The notes below the pieces were generated by a model. The model was not told the DNA's origin, did not search any database, and worked only from the letters and a program-made list of their open reading frames with translations. Positions 1 to 12,838 of a stretch of 64,000 bases of DNA are shown one piece after another; the stretch's first letter is position 1; every line of letters begins with the position of its first letter. The position numbers and the translations under genes were made by a program. The DNA is from Mobula hypostoma (lineage: Eukaryota). Location of the stretch: positions 166,346,001 through 166,410,000 of the forward strand of contig NC_086101.1 of the NCBI RefSeq assembly GCF_963921235.1, in the 5' to 3' direction.

Positions 1-170
1 ACGGGATGGAGGGGAGCTGGGGCAGGACTTTGGGGTTCTAACATTTAACTGTCATTCATTCTTTGGGGGCACTCCTCTGTTTTCGTGGATGGTTGCAAAG
101 AAAAAGCATTTCAGGATGTATATTGTGTACATTTCTCTGACATTAAATGTACCTTTGAAACCTTTGAAAG
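1..170 (+). mobile_element. 3' end of a non-autonomous retroposon (same family as 38705-39478)
   Basis: Closely matches 39320-39478; ends in repeated CCTTTGAAA tail. Confidence 0.7.
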
Positions 171-267
171 TAATTTCAAATGCGTCAACATTTTAAAAAT
201 AGTTTTTAGTTATTCAAATCCATGTGCTTAACTTATGGAAAACTATTATTGTACATCTAACCCCTCG

Positions 268-838
268 AAGACCACAAACTGTACCATCTCGAAACATCTT
301 AAATATCAGCTGGGAAGATAGAAGAACCAACGTCAGTTTGCTAAATGAAGCAAAAACAACAAGCATTGAAGCCTACGTCATCAAGAACCAACTAAGATGG
401 AGCGGTCATGTTGTTCGGATAAAAGACTAACATTTGCCGAAACAAATCTTCTACTCCCAGCTTAAAGAAGGCAAACATAAAAGAGGCAGACAACAGAAGA
501 GATTCAAAGACGTCTTAAAAGCCAACATGAAGAAATATAACATCAACATCAACAATTGGAAAACCAATGTCATGGACAGGAAACTCTGGCAAGCCATCAT
601 CCGAGAAGGAACAGCAACTTTTGAAGCCAATAGACGTGCAGAATTAGAAGAAAAGACAAGAAAATGGAAAGAGAGGCAGCAACAACCAAAGCCCGATCTG
701 CCATCTGGAACTACCTGTCCTGAATGCGGAAGAACTTTCAAAGCCAAGATTGGACTCATAAACCACTTGAGAGCCCATAAGTAGATCAACAGAACGAAGA
801 CCATCATCCTCGACCTCGTGGGATAGCCACGACAACAC
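268..838 (+). mobile_element. RTE-clade LINE 3' fragment
   Basis: QLRWSGHVVR and PKQIFYSQL...KRFKDVLK, plus C-terminal C2H2 finger CPECGRTF...HLRAH. Confidence 0.8.
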
Positions 839-878
839 ATGTTATTCAGCTAGATCAAAACTGGAAAAAAAGTGGCCA

Positions 879-2199
879 AACAACACACTCAAAGTGCTGA
901 AGGAAGTCAGTAGGCCAGGCCTGAAACATGGACTGTACTTTTTTCTATCATCATCAGTATCATCAGGTGCCATGCCCAGTTTGAGCTTTAACTGCCATGG
1001 CCCACACACTCCTGTTTTGGGTCAAGTGGATCAATTCATTGATATTCATTTCCAATTCTCTGGCTGCTGTCTCCATCATCATTTGTCTGTCTTCCTCTTG
1101 CTTTCTTCCCTTCAATCTTTCCCATAATTACCGTGCATTCTAACTCCTCTTTCCTAATCACATGTCCAACGAAGTTACGTTGCCTTTTCATGATCTCATA
1201 CATTATTTCTCTTTTTGTGTTTGCTCTGTTCATGACTTGTTCGTTAGATATTTGTTTCGTCCATAATATTCTTTGAATCCTCCTCAAAAACCACATCTCT
1301 GCTGCTACAATTCATTTCCTCATGTTACTAGATACTGTCCAACATTCCGAGCCATATAACATAACTGGATAAACATAACATTTCAGTACTCTGAGGCGGG
1401 TTGTCATGCCTAGTTTAGTATTGGTCAGTATACTCTTCATTCTCGTAAAGGTGTCTTTTGCCATCCCTATTCTTCTTTTGATATCCAAGTCGCACCTGCC
1501 ATCTGATGTCACCCAGCTTTCTAAGTAGCAAAAGTTCTGTACTTGTTTTATATCTTCCTCATTTATTCTCAGCCTGCTGATAGGATTCGCCTTCTTTTTT
1601 GGATATCACCATACATTCTGTCTTTTTGCAATTGATAGACAGACCTATTTTTGCACTTTCTTCAACAATTATATCAATTAAGTTTTGTAGTTCTTCCTCC
1701 GTAGTTGCAATTAATAGTGTCATCTGCATATCTGAAATTACTGATGTTTTCACCGGCAACTTTGATTCCCAGGATGTCTCTTATTTTTTGTAATATTGTT
1801 TCACTATACACATTAAATAAATCAGGGGAGAAAACACACCCTTGTCTAACGCCTCTCTTGATTTTTGTAAACTGACTCATTTCCCCATCTATTCTTACAG
1901 CGGCAGTTTGTTCCCAGTACAGATTTCCAATTAGGCGGAGGTCTTTCGAATCTAGATTTAGAGTTTTCTGTAATATTTCAAATAACTTATTGTGCTTCAT
2001 TTTATCAAATGCTTTTGTGTAGTCGATAAAACAAACAAATCTTTTTGCACTTGAATAGCTCATTCTGATAGTATCTTTAACATCAATATTGCATTTCTTG
2101 TACCTTTTTTCTATAGATGCTGCCTTTCCTGTTGAGTTCCTTCGGCATTCTGTGTGTGTTGCTTGGATTTTCAGCATCTGCAGATTTTCTCTTTTTTGT
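879..2199. mobile_element. Old Penelope-derived short element (inverted stub plus direct unit) split by an RTE insertion
   Basis: 879-948 and 2115-2199 match the GATGCTGCCTGGCCTGCT family; approximate flanking direct repeat gaaaaa(a/g)gtggcca at 864-878 and 2200-2213. Confidence 0.6.
949..2098 (-). mobile_element. RTE/BovB-like LINE, 5'-truncated and frameshifted
   Basis: RT motifs FIDYTKAFD, GVRQGCVFSPDLFN, RYADDT; (GAT)n-like tail; TSD-like tgtac(c)ttttttctat at ~934-948 and ~2099-2114. Confidence 0.85.
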
Positions 2200-2959
2200 G
2201 AAAAAGGTGGCCAGTTTATTACAGGTTAATATATTTCTCTGATCTATATTGTATTTGTGAATAGATTGTCATGGATGTAAACTGTATAGGGCCAATGTTT
2301 TTTTTGCCAAGTTCAGCTTTCTAAACACAGCAGCTAACTCTATCTTCAGAAGCTTCTAGATTACTAGTATTAAAAAGTATTTGAAAAAAAATCGTGTGGG
2401 TGAAGTCACCCAAAAGACAAAGAAATAATATAAATCATGAGAGAAGTTCAGGTTTATTGGGAATAGTCCAGGAACATCAAGAAGCATGACAGAAATATGA
2501 GTGAATTAGAATCCATTCCTCTGCCTTCGATTTCTATGGCTTGTGTGTATGCCTTTTTAGCTTATAAGAATTGTATATGTTATGGAAATCCTTAGTGTTT
2601 TAGAAATGGTTTGTAATTTGGAAATCTTTTATAAGGTAGAAATTTTCTGGGTGTTTAAATGTGTTTTAAGAATGCTGTTTGAATTTAAATATGTATCACT
2701 GAAAATAAATTAACTGCACTTAACTACTTTGTTAGCTAGAAGCATCTTCTCAGTGGGGGGGGTGGGGAACTTACTACTCAAATAATGGGTATTGGCAGCT
2801 AATCTTGCTGTGGAGGGTAAACAGCAGAAGTGAACTAGCTTTTGAAGATTGGTAGTTATAGTATAACCTCCCTTTAATGATACTACCTGTAGCTATTTAT
2901 ATTGATAGGACTTAAGGTATTCATTTGAATTTAGAACTTTGCGGTCAGCAAACCCGATA

Positions 2960-5900
2960 CAGATTGACCACCTTAAATCCGGCAATCAGTAATTTGGTTC
3001 CACCGCTGGTGCAGCCATAATTTTCGCCAGCTTAATTTCAAATTTCCCGCCTCGCCACGCCAACCTGCCGCCACTGTTTTGTGGCACCACTAACAGAATC
3101 AGCTACTGGCACAGTCTTTAAAAGAAACAAGTTATTCCTCTGTTTTATTCTGCATTTATTTTTATAACCTATAGACAATAGACAATAGGTGCAGGAGTAG
3201 GGCATTCGGCCCTTCGAGCCAGCACCGCCATTCACTGTGATCATGGCTGATCATCCACAATCAGTATCCAGTTCCTGCCTTATCCTCATAACCTTTGATT
3301 CCTCTATCTTTAACAGCTCTATCCATCTCTTTTTTGAAAGCATCCAGAAACTTGGCCTCCACAGCCTTCTGAGGCAGAGCATTCCATATATCCACCACTC
3401 TCTGGGTGAAAAGGTTTTTCCTCAACTCCGTTCTAAATGGCCTACCCCTAATTCTTAAACTGTGGCCTCTGGTTCTGGACTCACCCATCAGCGGGAACAT
3501 GCTTTCTGCCTCCAGCGTGTCCAATCCCTTAATAATCTTAAATGTTTCAATAAGATCCCCTCTCAGCCTTCTAAATTCCAGAGTATACAAGCCCGGTCGC
3601 TCCAATCTTTCGACATCTGACAGTCCCGCCATCCTGGGAATTAACCTTGTGAACCTACGCTGCACTTCCTCAATAGCAAGAATGTCCTTCCTCAAAATTG
3701 GAGACCAAAACTGCACACAGTACTCCAGGTGTGGTCTCACCAGGGCCCTGTACAGCTGCAGAAGGACCTCTTTGCTCTTATACTCAATTCCCCTTGTTAT
3801 GAAGGCCAGCATGCCATTAGCTTTCTTCACTGCCTGCTGTACTTGCATGCTTGCTTTCAGTGACTGATGTACAAGAACACCTAGATCTCGTTGTGCTTCC
3901 CCTTTTCCTAACTTGACTCCATTTAGATAATAATCTGCCTTCCCGTTCTTACCACCAAAGTGGATAACCTCACATTTATCCACATTAAACTGCATCTGCC
4001 ATACAGCTGCCCACTCACCCAGCCTGTCCAAGTCACCCTGCATTCTCATAACATCCTCCTCACATTTCCCACTGCCACCCAGCTTTGTGTCATCGGCAAA
4101 TTTGCTAATGTTACTTTTAATTCCCTCATCTAAATCATTAATATATATTGTAAACAGCTGCAGTCCCAGCACTGAACCCTGCGGTACCCCACTAGTCACT
4201 GGCTGCCATTCTGAAAGGGACCCGTTAATCGCCACTCTTTGTTTTCTGTCAGCCAGCCAATTTTCAATCCATGTCAGTACTCTGCCCCCAATACCATGTG
4301 CCCTAATTTTGCCCACTAATCTCCTATGTGGGACTCTATCAAAAGTTTTCTGGAAGTCCAGGTACACTACATCCACTGGCTCTCCCTTGTCCATTTTCAT
4401 AGTTACATCCTCAAAAAATCCCAGAAGATTAGTCAAGCACGATTTCCCCTTCGTAAATCCATGCTGACTCGGACCAATCCTGTTACTACTATCCAGATGT
4501 GTCGTAATTTCATCTTTTATAATTGACTCCAGCATCTTTCCCACCACCGACGTCAGGCTAACTGGTCTATAATTCCCTGTTTCTCTCTTCCTCCCTTCTT
4601 GAAGAGAGGAACAACATTAGCCACCCTCCAATCCACAGGAACTGATCCTGAATCTATAGAACATCGGAAAATGATTACCAATGCGTCCATGATTTCTAAA
4701 GCCACCTCCTTAAGTACCCTGGGATGCAGACCATCAGGTCCCAGGGACTTATCAGCCTCTAGACCCAACAGCCTATCCAACACCATTTCCTGCCTAATAT
4801 AAATTTCCTTCAATTCATCCATTACCCTAGGTCCTTTGGCCACTATTACATCTGGGAGATTGTTTGTGTCTTCCCTAGTGAAGACAGATCCAAAGTACCT
4901 GTTCAACTCGTCTGCCATTTCCTTGTTCCCCATAATGAATTCACCCGCTTCTGTCTTCAAGGGCCCAATTTTGGTCCTAACAATTTTTTTCCTTTTCACA
5001 TACCTAAAGAAGCTTTTACTATCCTCCTTTATATTCTTGGCTAGTTTACCTTCGTACCTCATTTTCTCTCCGCGTATTGCCTTTTTAGTTACCTTCTGTT
5101 ACTCTTTATAAGTTTCCCAATCCTCTGGCTTCCCACTCATCTTTGCTATGTTATACTTCTTCTCTTTTATTTTTATACTGTCCATTACTTCCCTTGTCAG
5201 CCACGGCCTCTCCTTACTCCCCTTAGGATCTTTCTTCCTCTTTGGAATGAACTGATCCTGCACCTTCCGCATTATTCCTAGAAACACTTGCCATTGCTGT
5301 TCCACTGTCATCCCTGCTAGGGTACTGTTCCATTGAACTTTGGCCAGCTCCTCCCTCATAGCACCATAGTTCCCTTTGTTCAACTGTAATACTGACACTT
5401 CCGAGTTTCCCTTCTCCCTCTCAAATTGTAGATTAAAACTTATCATATTATGGTCACTACCTCCTAATGGCTCCTTTACCTCGAGGTCCCTGATCAAATC
5501 CGGTTCATTGCACAACACTAAATCTAGAATTGTGTTCTCTCTGGTAGGCTCCAGTACAAGCTGTTCTAAGAATCCATCTCGGAGGGACTCCACAAACTCC
5601 CTTTCTTGGGGTCCAGTACCAACCTGATTCCTCCAGTCTACCTGCATGTTGAAGTCCCCCATAACAACTGTAGCATTACCTTTGCGATATGCCAATTTTA
5701 ACTCTTGATTCAACTTACACCCTACATCCAGACTACTGTTTGGGGGCCTGTAGATAACTCCCACTAAGGTCTTTCTACCCTTAGAATTTCTCAGTTCTAT
5801 CCATACTGACTCTACGTCTCCTGATTCTATGTCCCCCCTCGCAAGGGACTGAATATCATTCCTCACCAACAGAGCCAGCCCACCCCCTCTGCCCATCAGT

Positions 5901-7632
5901 CTGTCCTTTTGATAGGACGTATACCCTTGAATATTCATTTCCCAGGCCCTGTCCACTTGAAGCCATGTCTCTGTTATTCCCACAACATCACACTTACCAA
6001 TTTCCAACTGTGCCTCAAGCTCATCCACTTTATTTCTTATACTCCATGCATTCATATGTAATACTTTTAATTCATTACTCCCCTCACCTCCCATATCAGT
6101 TCCTATTTCACTTGGGCATACTGTACAATCCCTTCTCGAGCTTTCTGCTCTGTTGATTCTGCTGTCATCCTTAACTTTTCTTATTCTCACTTTCCCTTTA
6201 TCTCCATCCTTATATTTCCAGTTCGTCCCCTCCCCCCCACTACTTAGTTTAAACACACCCGTGTTGCAGAGGCAAATCTGCCTGCCAGAATGCTGGTGCC
6301 CCGCTTATTAAGGTGCAACCCGTCCCTTTTGTACAATTCATCCTTACCCCAAATCATACCCCAGTGGTCTAAGATTGTAAATCCTTGCTTCCGGCACCAG
6401 TTCCTCAGCCACACATTCAGATCCATTATCTCCCTGTTCCTGCCCTCTTCAGCACGGGGAACTGGAAGCAAACCGGAGATAACCACCCTGGAAGTCCTGC
6501 TTTTCAGCCTTCTTCCAAGTTCTCTGAAGTCACACTGTAGAATGTCTTTCCTCTTCTTCCCCACGTCATTTGTGCCGACATGCACCACCACTTCCGGATG
6601 TTCACCTTCACTCTTGAGGATTCTCTGCACCCGGTCCGTGACATCCTGGATCCCGGCACCAGGAAGGCAACACACCATCCTTAAATCTTGCCTGTTGCCA
6701 CAGAAACCCCTTTCTGTACCTCTCACTATGGAGTCCCCTACTACCACGGCTCTGCCTGACATCTGTCTCCTCAGCTTTGTCCTGGCGCCAATTGTTGACT
6801 CGCAGACCCGTCTGCCTCTCAGACTGGCACTGTCTTCTGTCCCGACGCTTATAAGAGGGAGAACCTGTTTACGAGAGGCACATCTCCCGGGGTCTCCTGT
6901 ACTTCAAGCATCCTTTCCTTGCTCGTCGTCACCCCCCTTCTCTCTTCCAGTATCCTGGGTGTAACGACCTCACTGTAGGTCCTGTCCAGAAAACTCTCGT
7001 TCTCCTGAATTAACCTAATGTCATCCAGTTGCCTCTCCAGTGCTGCAACACGGTCCTTCAGAAGCTGAATCTGGACACATTTTCCACAAGTGTAGGATCC
7101 AGAGGCACCATCAGTGTCCCTGACCTCCCACATCATGCACGCAGCACACTGAATCAGCCTAGCGGTCATTTCCTCACCACTTCTCCCCCTCTCCAACTGT
7201 GGCGTAGTCTCCACTCTCAGCCTCCTCGCTGAAGACTCCTGAGCCAAAGACTCGCACTTTTCTCACAAAGCACTTCCCTCCTCCGACCTGGAAGGTCTAG
7301 TTAGCTCGCTGCTCATGACTGGCTTTTTAAATCAGCCGCTCCTTCTCGGCCAATCCCCACATTCGCTCCATCACCTGCCGCGCCTCCTCCCACCTGGAAG
7401 GTTATTTAGCCCCAGTCACGTTTTCATTAAATAAAGCAAGTGCTTCTTGTGGTGTAAAGCACAAACACCATATGTTAGCTATACAATATAAGGTGGAAGT
7501 TCTGAAAAAACTCAGTGTCTGTGAAAAGCTATGTAACTCGTATAACATTGGCTCTTCCAGTTTATGATATAAAAAAAACAAAAAGAAAAGTTGCTCCAGT
7601 TCTTTACTGACAGCAAATCAAAATTAGAAGTG
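2960..7632 (+). mobile_element. Tigger/pogo DNA transposon fossil (left part), interrupted by CR1
   Basis: TA|CAGATTGACCACCTTAAATCCGG left-end-like sequence. 7440-7632 encodes, with frameshifts, KHKHHMLAIQYKVEVLKKL...YNIGSS...YDIKKQKEKLLQFFTDS, resembling the JRK/TIGD N-terminal HTH. Right end not found. Confidence 0.6.
3172..7402 (-). mobile_element. Near full-length CR1 LINE
   Basis: ORF1 with Cys motif/coiled coil (6849-7247) and SGNH esterase (GDS, VGTND, DGLHLN; 6244-6762). ORF2 with APE endonuclease (GITETW, MGDFN, SDHN) and RT ([20 protein letters not shown]; 3261-6256). One nonsense codon at 5099 and frameshifts near 4585 and 6850; (CTATTGT)n tail. Confidence 0.95.
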
Positions 7633-7656
7633 TTTATTTATTTGATCCTAACCTAA

Positions 7657-8407
7657 CCAGGGCCCCAAGACAGTCCTTCCAGGTGAGGCGACACTTCACC
7701 TGTGAGTCGGCTGGGGTGATATACTGCGTCCGGTGTTCCCGATGTGGCCTTCTACATATTGGCGAGACCCAACGCAGACTGGGAGACCGTTTTGCTGAAC
7801 ACCTACGCTCTTTCCGCCAGAGAAAGCAGGATCTCCCAGTGGCCACACATTTTAATTCCACATCCCATTTCCATTCTGACATGTCTATCCACGGCCTCCT
7901 CTACTGTAAAGATGAAGCCACACTCAGGTTGGAGGAACAACACCTTATATTCCGTCTGGGTAGCCTCCAACCTGATGGCATGAACATTGAATTATCTAAC
8001 TTCCGCTAATGCCCCACCTCCCCCTCGTACCCCATCCGTTATTTATTTATATACACACATTCTTCCTCTCACTGTCCTTTTTCTCCCTCGGTCCCTCTGA
8101 CTATACCCCTTGCCCATCCTCTGGGTTTTCCCCCACTTCTCCCTTTTCCTTCTCCCTGGGCCTCCTGTCCCATGATCCTCTCATATCCCTTTTGCCAATC
8201 ACCTGTCCAGCTCTTGGCTCCATCCCTCCCCCTCCTGTCTTCTCCTACCATTTTGGATCTCCCCTCCCCCTCCCACTTTCAAATCTCTTACTAGCTCTTC
8301 TTTCAGTTAGTCCTAAAGAAGGGTCTCGGCCTGAAACGTCGACTGTACTTCTTTCTAGAGATGCTGCCTGGCCTGCTGCGTTCACCAGCAACTTTGATGT
8401 GTGTTGC
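7657..8407 (+). mobile_element. Penelope-like element 3' part (GIY-YIG endonuclease plus pLTR)
   Basis: ORF 7683..8009: VIYCVRCSRCGLLHIGET...RFAEH...EQHLIFRLGSLQPDGMN, followed by a pyrimidine-rich tract and a hammerhead-like terminal unit. Confidence 0.9.
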
Positions 8408-8789
8408 ATTAATACCAAATGAATGTTTCTTTCCTAATGGTCACTTAGCTTCTACATCCGGATTTTTGAACATTAAAAGAAAATCAAAATCATTCGACCA
8501 TAAAATGGAAATCATATAGCCATGATTAAAACTCTGCAAATTTCCAAGAATTATACAAAATATGCCCACATAACCTGTGGAAATATATTAACATAATAAA
8601 TGTTGCAACAGGACATTAAGTTGGAGATGAACAGCTGTACTTATAATCAAGTCCTATCCTTCGATTAATTACCATTATATTAATTTCTTGGCCCTCAATT
8701 ATAAACCATTAAGAACTTGCAGATGATCTCGTTATGGAGCATAACAGGAGAAGAGCAGCAACAACCCAGCTTGTGGCACCACAGTGAAC

Positions 8790-9260
8790 ACTGTTGTACA
8801 GAGGACATAGGAGTGGAGGTGGGGGAGTGGGGACATTACAGCTTTGGAGACCGATAGTAGCATGGGATTCTATTGTAAGTAGCATATAGGAGTTTCATTA
8901 ACTGCAAAGGAGACTCCAGGTTGGTATGTTGTCTTCCTGGTGCTGGGATCGAGGATATTTTGGTTGTAGGATATTATGGAAGAGAGGACGAATAGCCCAA
9001 GCTCATGGTACAATGATGTAGGCAGGAGAAGGGATGAGGTCCAATAATGTGAGTTTAGGGAACTATGCAATCATACCTCGAAAGCTGCAATCTACCGATC
9101 ATTTCCAGTGTCACAAGCTAGTGAGTACAGAAAGAGAAGGATAGGTTAGATGAATGCGTGGGATGGTGCAGGAGGATAGGCTTTATGTTCCTTGATCATC
9201 TGTACAAGCAGGATGGGTTGCTCTTTAACCATAGTAGCACCAGCATTCTAATATTCCCTC
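8790..9260 (+). mobile_element. Degenerate CR1 ORF1 esterase fragment
   Basis: Remnants of the VCCLPGA, WCRR-GF-FLDH and YKQDGL motifs. Confidence 0.6.
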
Positions 9261-9490
9261 CTTTGGCTAGGTGTTATTTCCCGTACTACCCCGCACCCCC
9301 ACCCCACCCCACCCACAAGTTTGGTTATAATGACCTGATTTGCGACAGGACACTTTCCAATACTAAACATATTAGGTAAATACTGTTAATAAATAATGAG
9401 TTTTAAAGCAGTGAAACTTGGGTAACATGGGCTAACCTATTATCTTTCTTTTCTGTAAATGATCATAAAGATTTACTGAGTTACACTTAC

Positions 9491-9554
9491 CATTAGGTCG
9501 AGGGAAGGCTTTTCTATCTGGGAATTTAATTAATCGCTGATGTGGTTTCACAAT
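9491..9554 (-). CDS. MRPS36: KGD4/MRPS36 coding exon 2 (IVKPHQRLIKFPDRKAFPRPN)
   Basis: tttgtag acceptor, gtaagt donor; matches human VVKPHTPLIRFPDRRDNPKPN. No later exons found in 1-9490, so they presumably lie beyond the window. Confidence 0.92.
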
Positions 9555-10019
9555 CTACAAAGACATTTTAAAAGGAAAAAAAATAAGTACATATTTTCCT
9601 AGTCACTCTAGTTGGTCAATCCTCAGAAGAGCTCCAACGAACGTTTAGAACTTTCCATCATCCATCTTCACTTAAGCATATTAAGATGTATTCAGGATTA
9701 GTGAAAATCGGCTTAATGTAGAAACTTCAAACCAAATTCCTTTAATTGAATATTTTGGAGTGACAGTATGTAAATACAAACATTGATTTTGATACCTCCA
9801 CTACAAATATTATCTTATATATGATGGCATAAATATATGTAATAGCTGATGATCCATCAATAGACTTCTCAAGTTTTGAAAAGGATTCACATTTTACTGG
9901 TAGCTTTTAATCCTAGTTACCAAAGTTTTTTTTCAAATTGCTTTTAGCATTTGGGAATTTTGGGTTTGAAAATTACAAACTTATAAAATGGTGTTCTATT
10001 TTCCAACAAGAAGGTCAGG

Positions 10020-10930
10020 AGAACACACTTGTAGTATAGTGTGCAGTTCCGATTGCCCAGCTATAGGAAAGATGTGATTGAGATGGAAATGGTGAAGATT
10101 CACAAGCATGTTATCAAGACTGGAAGGTCTGAGTTATAAGGAGGGGCTAGACAGGCTGAGATTTCTTCCACAGAGCGCAGATGATAGTATGTAGATAAGG
10201 TGGATGGTTACAGTCTTTATTCCAGAGGAGGGAGTCTAAAACTGGAGGACGCGGATTTAAGAGGGACTTGAGGCGAAATTGTTTCTTGCAGAGTTGGTAG
10301 TTATATGTAAATAGCTGTCAGAGGAAGCTGCAATGATGGTACAACTACACTGTTTAAAAGACATTTAGACAAGTACATGAATAGATGAAGTTTAGAAAGC
10401 CGTGGACCAAATGGCCTATTTCTATGACACTTTCAAAAAATGATGTATCTGTACCCCTATACCTCTCTGTTTACAACACGCTCCAGGGCCCTATCACTTA
10501 CTGTGAATGTCCTGCCCTGATTTAACTGACCATAATACAAAACCTCTCAACTGTCCAAGTTAAATTCCATCTGCCATTTCTTAGTTCACTTCCCAGTTCA
10601 TTTAAATCCTGTTGTAATCTTAAATAGTCTTCTTCACTGTTGACTCCGTCGCCAATTTTGTTGTCATCTGCTAATTTACTGTGTAAATGACATTGACACC
10701 TATTTTAATAATATTGATTCTAAACAACAGTGGATGCAGTACTGAACCTTGCAAAATACCTCTGATCACAGGCTTCCATTCTGAATAAATACTCCAATAT
10801 TGTAACATGACTAAGTCAATTTTGTACCAGTTGGCTAGCTCACCCTGTTTTGTACAGCTGCAACATGACATCCCAATCCTTGTACTCAATACCTCAGACT
10901 ATGAAAACAAACAAACTAACCATCTTCTTC
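10020..10930. mobile_element. Two degenerate CR1 RT fragments (plus 10020-10420, minus 10450-10930)
   Basis: EYSVQF...YRKDV and GILQGSVL motifs, with many lesions. Confidence 0.65.
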
Positions 10931-11619
10931 ACTACTCTTATCAAGGGGCCAAGGACTTGTACCTCAAGACTCTCCCCAAAACTTGGTGCAAGTTCTTTCA
11001 GTGCAAGGTGGTACCAACGGACAGACGTTTACTGCCACATACAAAGGTGTTCTGGGATATACTAAAGCTACATGAACTGCCACAAGGGCTCTAAGAAAAG
11101 ACATTTTATGGGCCCTCCTGCCATACAAATGGAACAATATGTTGGGTACAATGAATAATGGTAGATGAATATATTTGCAAATCTTTTACTCTCTCTACAT
11201 GGTAATCTTTTCCCATGACAGAGCACAGAGTAGAGTATTTCTTGTGGGTATTTGGTGTCAGTAATCCAAATGACACGTTTGTTGTACAGAGCTGATCGGG
11301 TACAACAAGCCTCACTACCCAGGATATTAGCCTGGAAGAGATCACTGACATTGGTTCACCCATCCTTCCAGTTGAAATGGAGTATTGTAGAGAACTCAAT
11401 AATGTAGCAGTATTCTAAATTATACTTGCTTGCATAATGGAACCACAGCTGAAAGTGGAGATATAGTTAACATTACTAATCACTTTACCAAAATTTGATT
11501 CTGGGCTTTACTTGTGAGTTAGAAGCTGCAGTTGGAGCAACCTTATAATTCCAATAATGAGGAAGGCCTAGCTCCGACTGTTCTTTGATGACAGATAGCC
11601 CAAAAAAGTCCGAAAGCTC

Positions 11620-12480
11620 TCTAGTAATCATGTATCATTTCTCTGAACGGGCTGGCAACCCAATCTGTGTCCTCTGAGAGGAGGACCCCCACAAAAGCTA
11701 CAAAGAATCTAAGGAAAAGATACCCCCAGGGGTGCCCGAGAGGGGGGGGAGGATGAGCACCCCATTCGGACGGACACAACGACATGAGACCCAGGTGATG
11801 AACAAACGACGATGAGGAAGCAGTGTGCATGTGGCAAAATCTGCAAGAACGATCGTGGCTTGAAGATCCACCAAGCGAGGATGAAGTGTTTGGCAGGAGC
11901 AGGAGCAGCACAACGTGCAGATGTCCAACCTGGTGAGACGAAGGAGGGGCCAGGCCCGGAGTCACCCCATAGTGCCCAGAACCTCCAAGTGTTGCAAGCT
12001 AATCCCTCTAACATGAAGTCTAACAGGAGGCGGATCAAATGGCCTGCAGCTAACATGACTTCACTGTGGAAGCAGTTTGATGAAGATGTTAACCAAATTC
12101 TGGAGGCAACGGCGAAGGGGGGGGGGGTTGATAGGAAGCTGCAAGCCATGATGGACAGCGAGGTGTCTCCCAGTGGAGGTTGGTTGTAGGAGATTCGTAG
12201 CCCATTCTTTAGTTAGAGCCTTCAGCATTTTGGGCATCGAGGGACAGAGGAAGAGGAGAGCCATCCGCAGTACCACCAATGTGGCACAGAGGGCCTCAAG
12301 ATGGCTGTGGCTCAAAAGAGAGGAGCCATGGAGTTATAAGTAGCTAGCCATCTGGACACAAACTGGGGTCTGATCGGCCCCGGCTGGGTCACCTGGAGGA
12401 GGTTGTATGATGTTGAAAGACCCGAAACACCCGATGATTCCAGGAACATCACTGAAGATGTGTCCAGAAGCATCAATAGA
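11620..12480 (+). mobile_element. HERO-clade (RLE) non-LTR retrotransposon, internally deleted
   Basis: N-terminal CACGKICKNDRGLKIHQARMKC...ESPHSAQNL...RIKWPAAN joined at ~12150 to C-terminal PVEVGCR...ASRWLWLKR and the 3'UTR; no RT domain. Confidence 0.75.
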
Positions 12481-12838
12481 TGTATGTTCACAGCTGCATA
12501 GGAGGAGATCTGAGGTTGGGTACAAATCAAAAGTGACAAATTTGTTGCTTGAAATTCAGAAGCTAAGTTTCTGTGGCAGAATTGACAAGAATTTAACCAA
12601 GCCACCAAACAGTACCCATCTGTGAGCCTGATTGGCTGCTCCAGGAAATAATTTGATTGCTAACATTTTTGTTTTGTTTTTACTTAACCATGATTACCGG
12701 GTATGATTTATGGAGGGTTATTTCAAGGGCGAAGAGACAATTTCAAACGAGGTTGGAGGCGACATCAGATGTACGACAACTCTGGCAAGACATTACTTCC
12801 TTCAAAGCGAAACCCAATAGCATGAATGGCAGCGATGC

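Noticed and set aside
3406-6964. Numerous plus-strand ORFs (e.g. 3406..3867, 4087..4467, 6290..6964)
   Set aside because: Antisense shadows of the CR1 ORFs; no independent gene signals.
10930-11520. Moderately GC-rich unassigned segment with short ORFs
   Set aside because: No recognisable motif, consistent frame or splice pattern; probably a decayed repeat, but I cannot support a call.
12350-12470. Possible hammerhead in the HERO 3'UTR (GAAAC ... CTGAAGA with ggacaca/tgtgtcc pairing)
   Set aside because: Core motifs are not arranged adjacent to the required stems.
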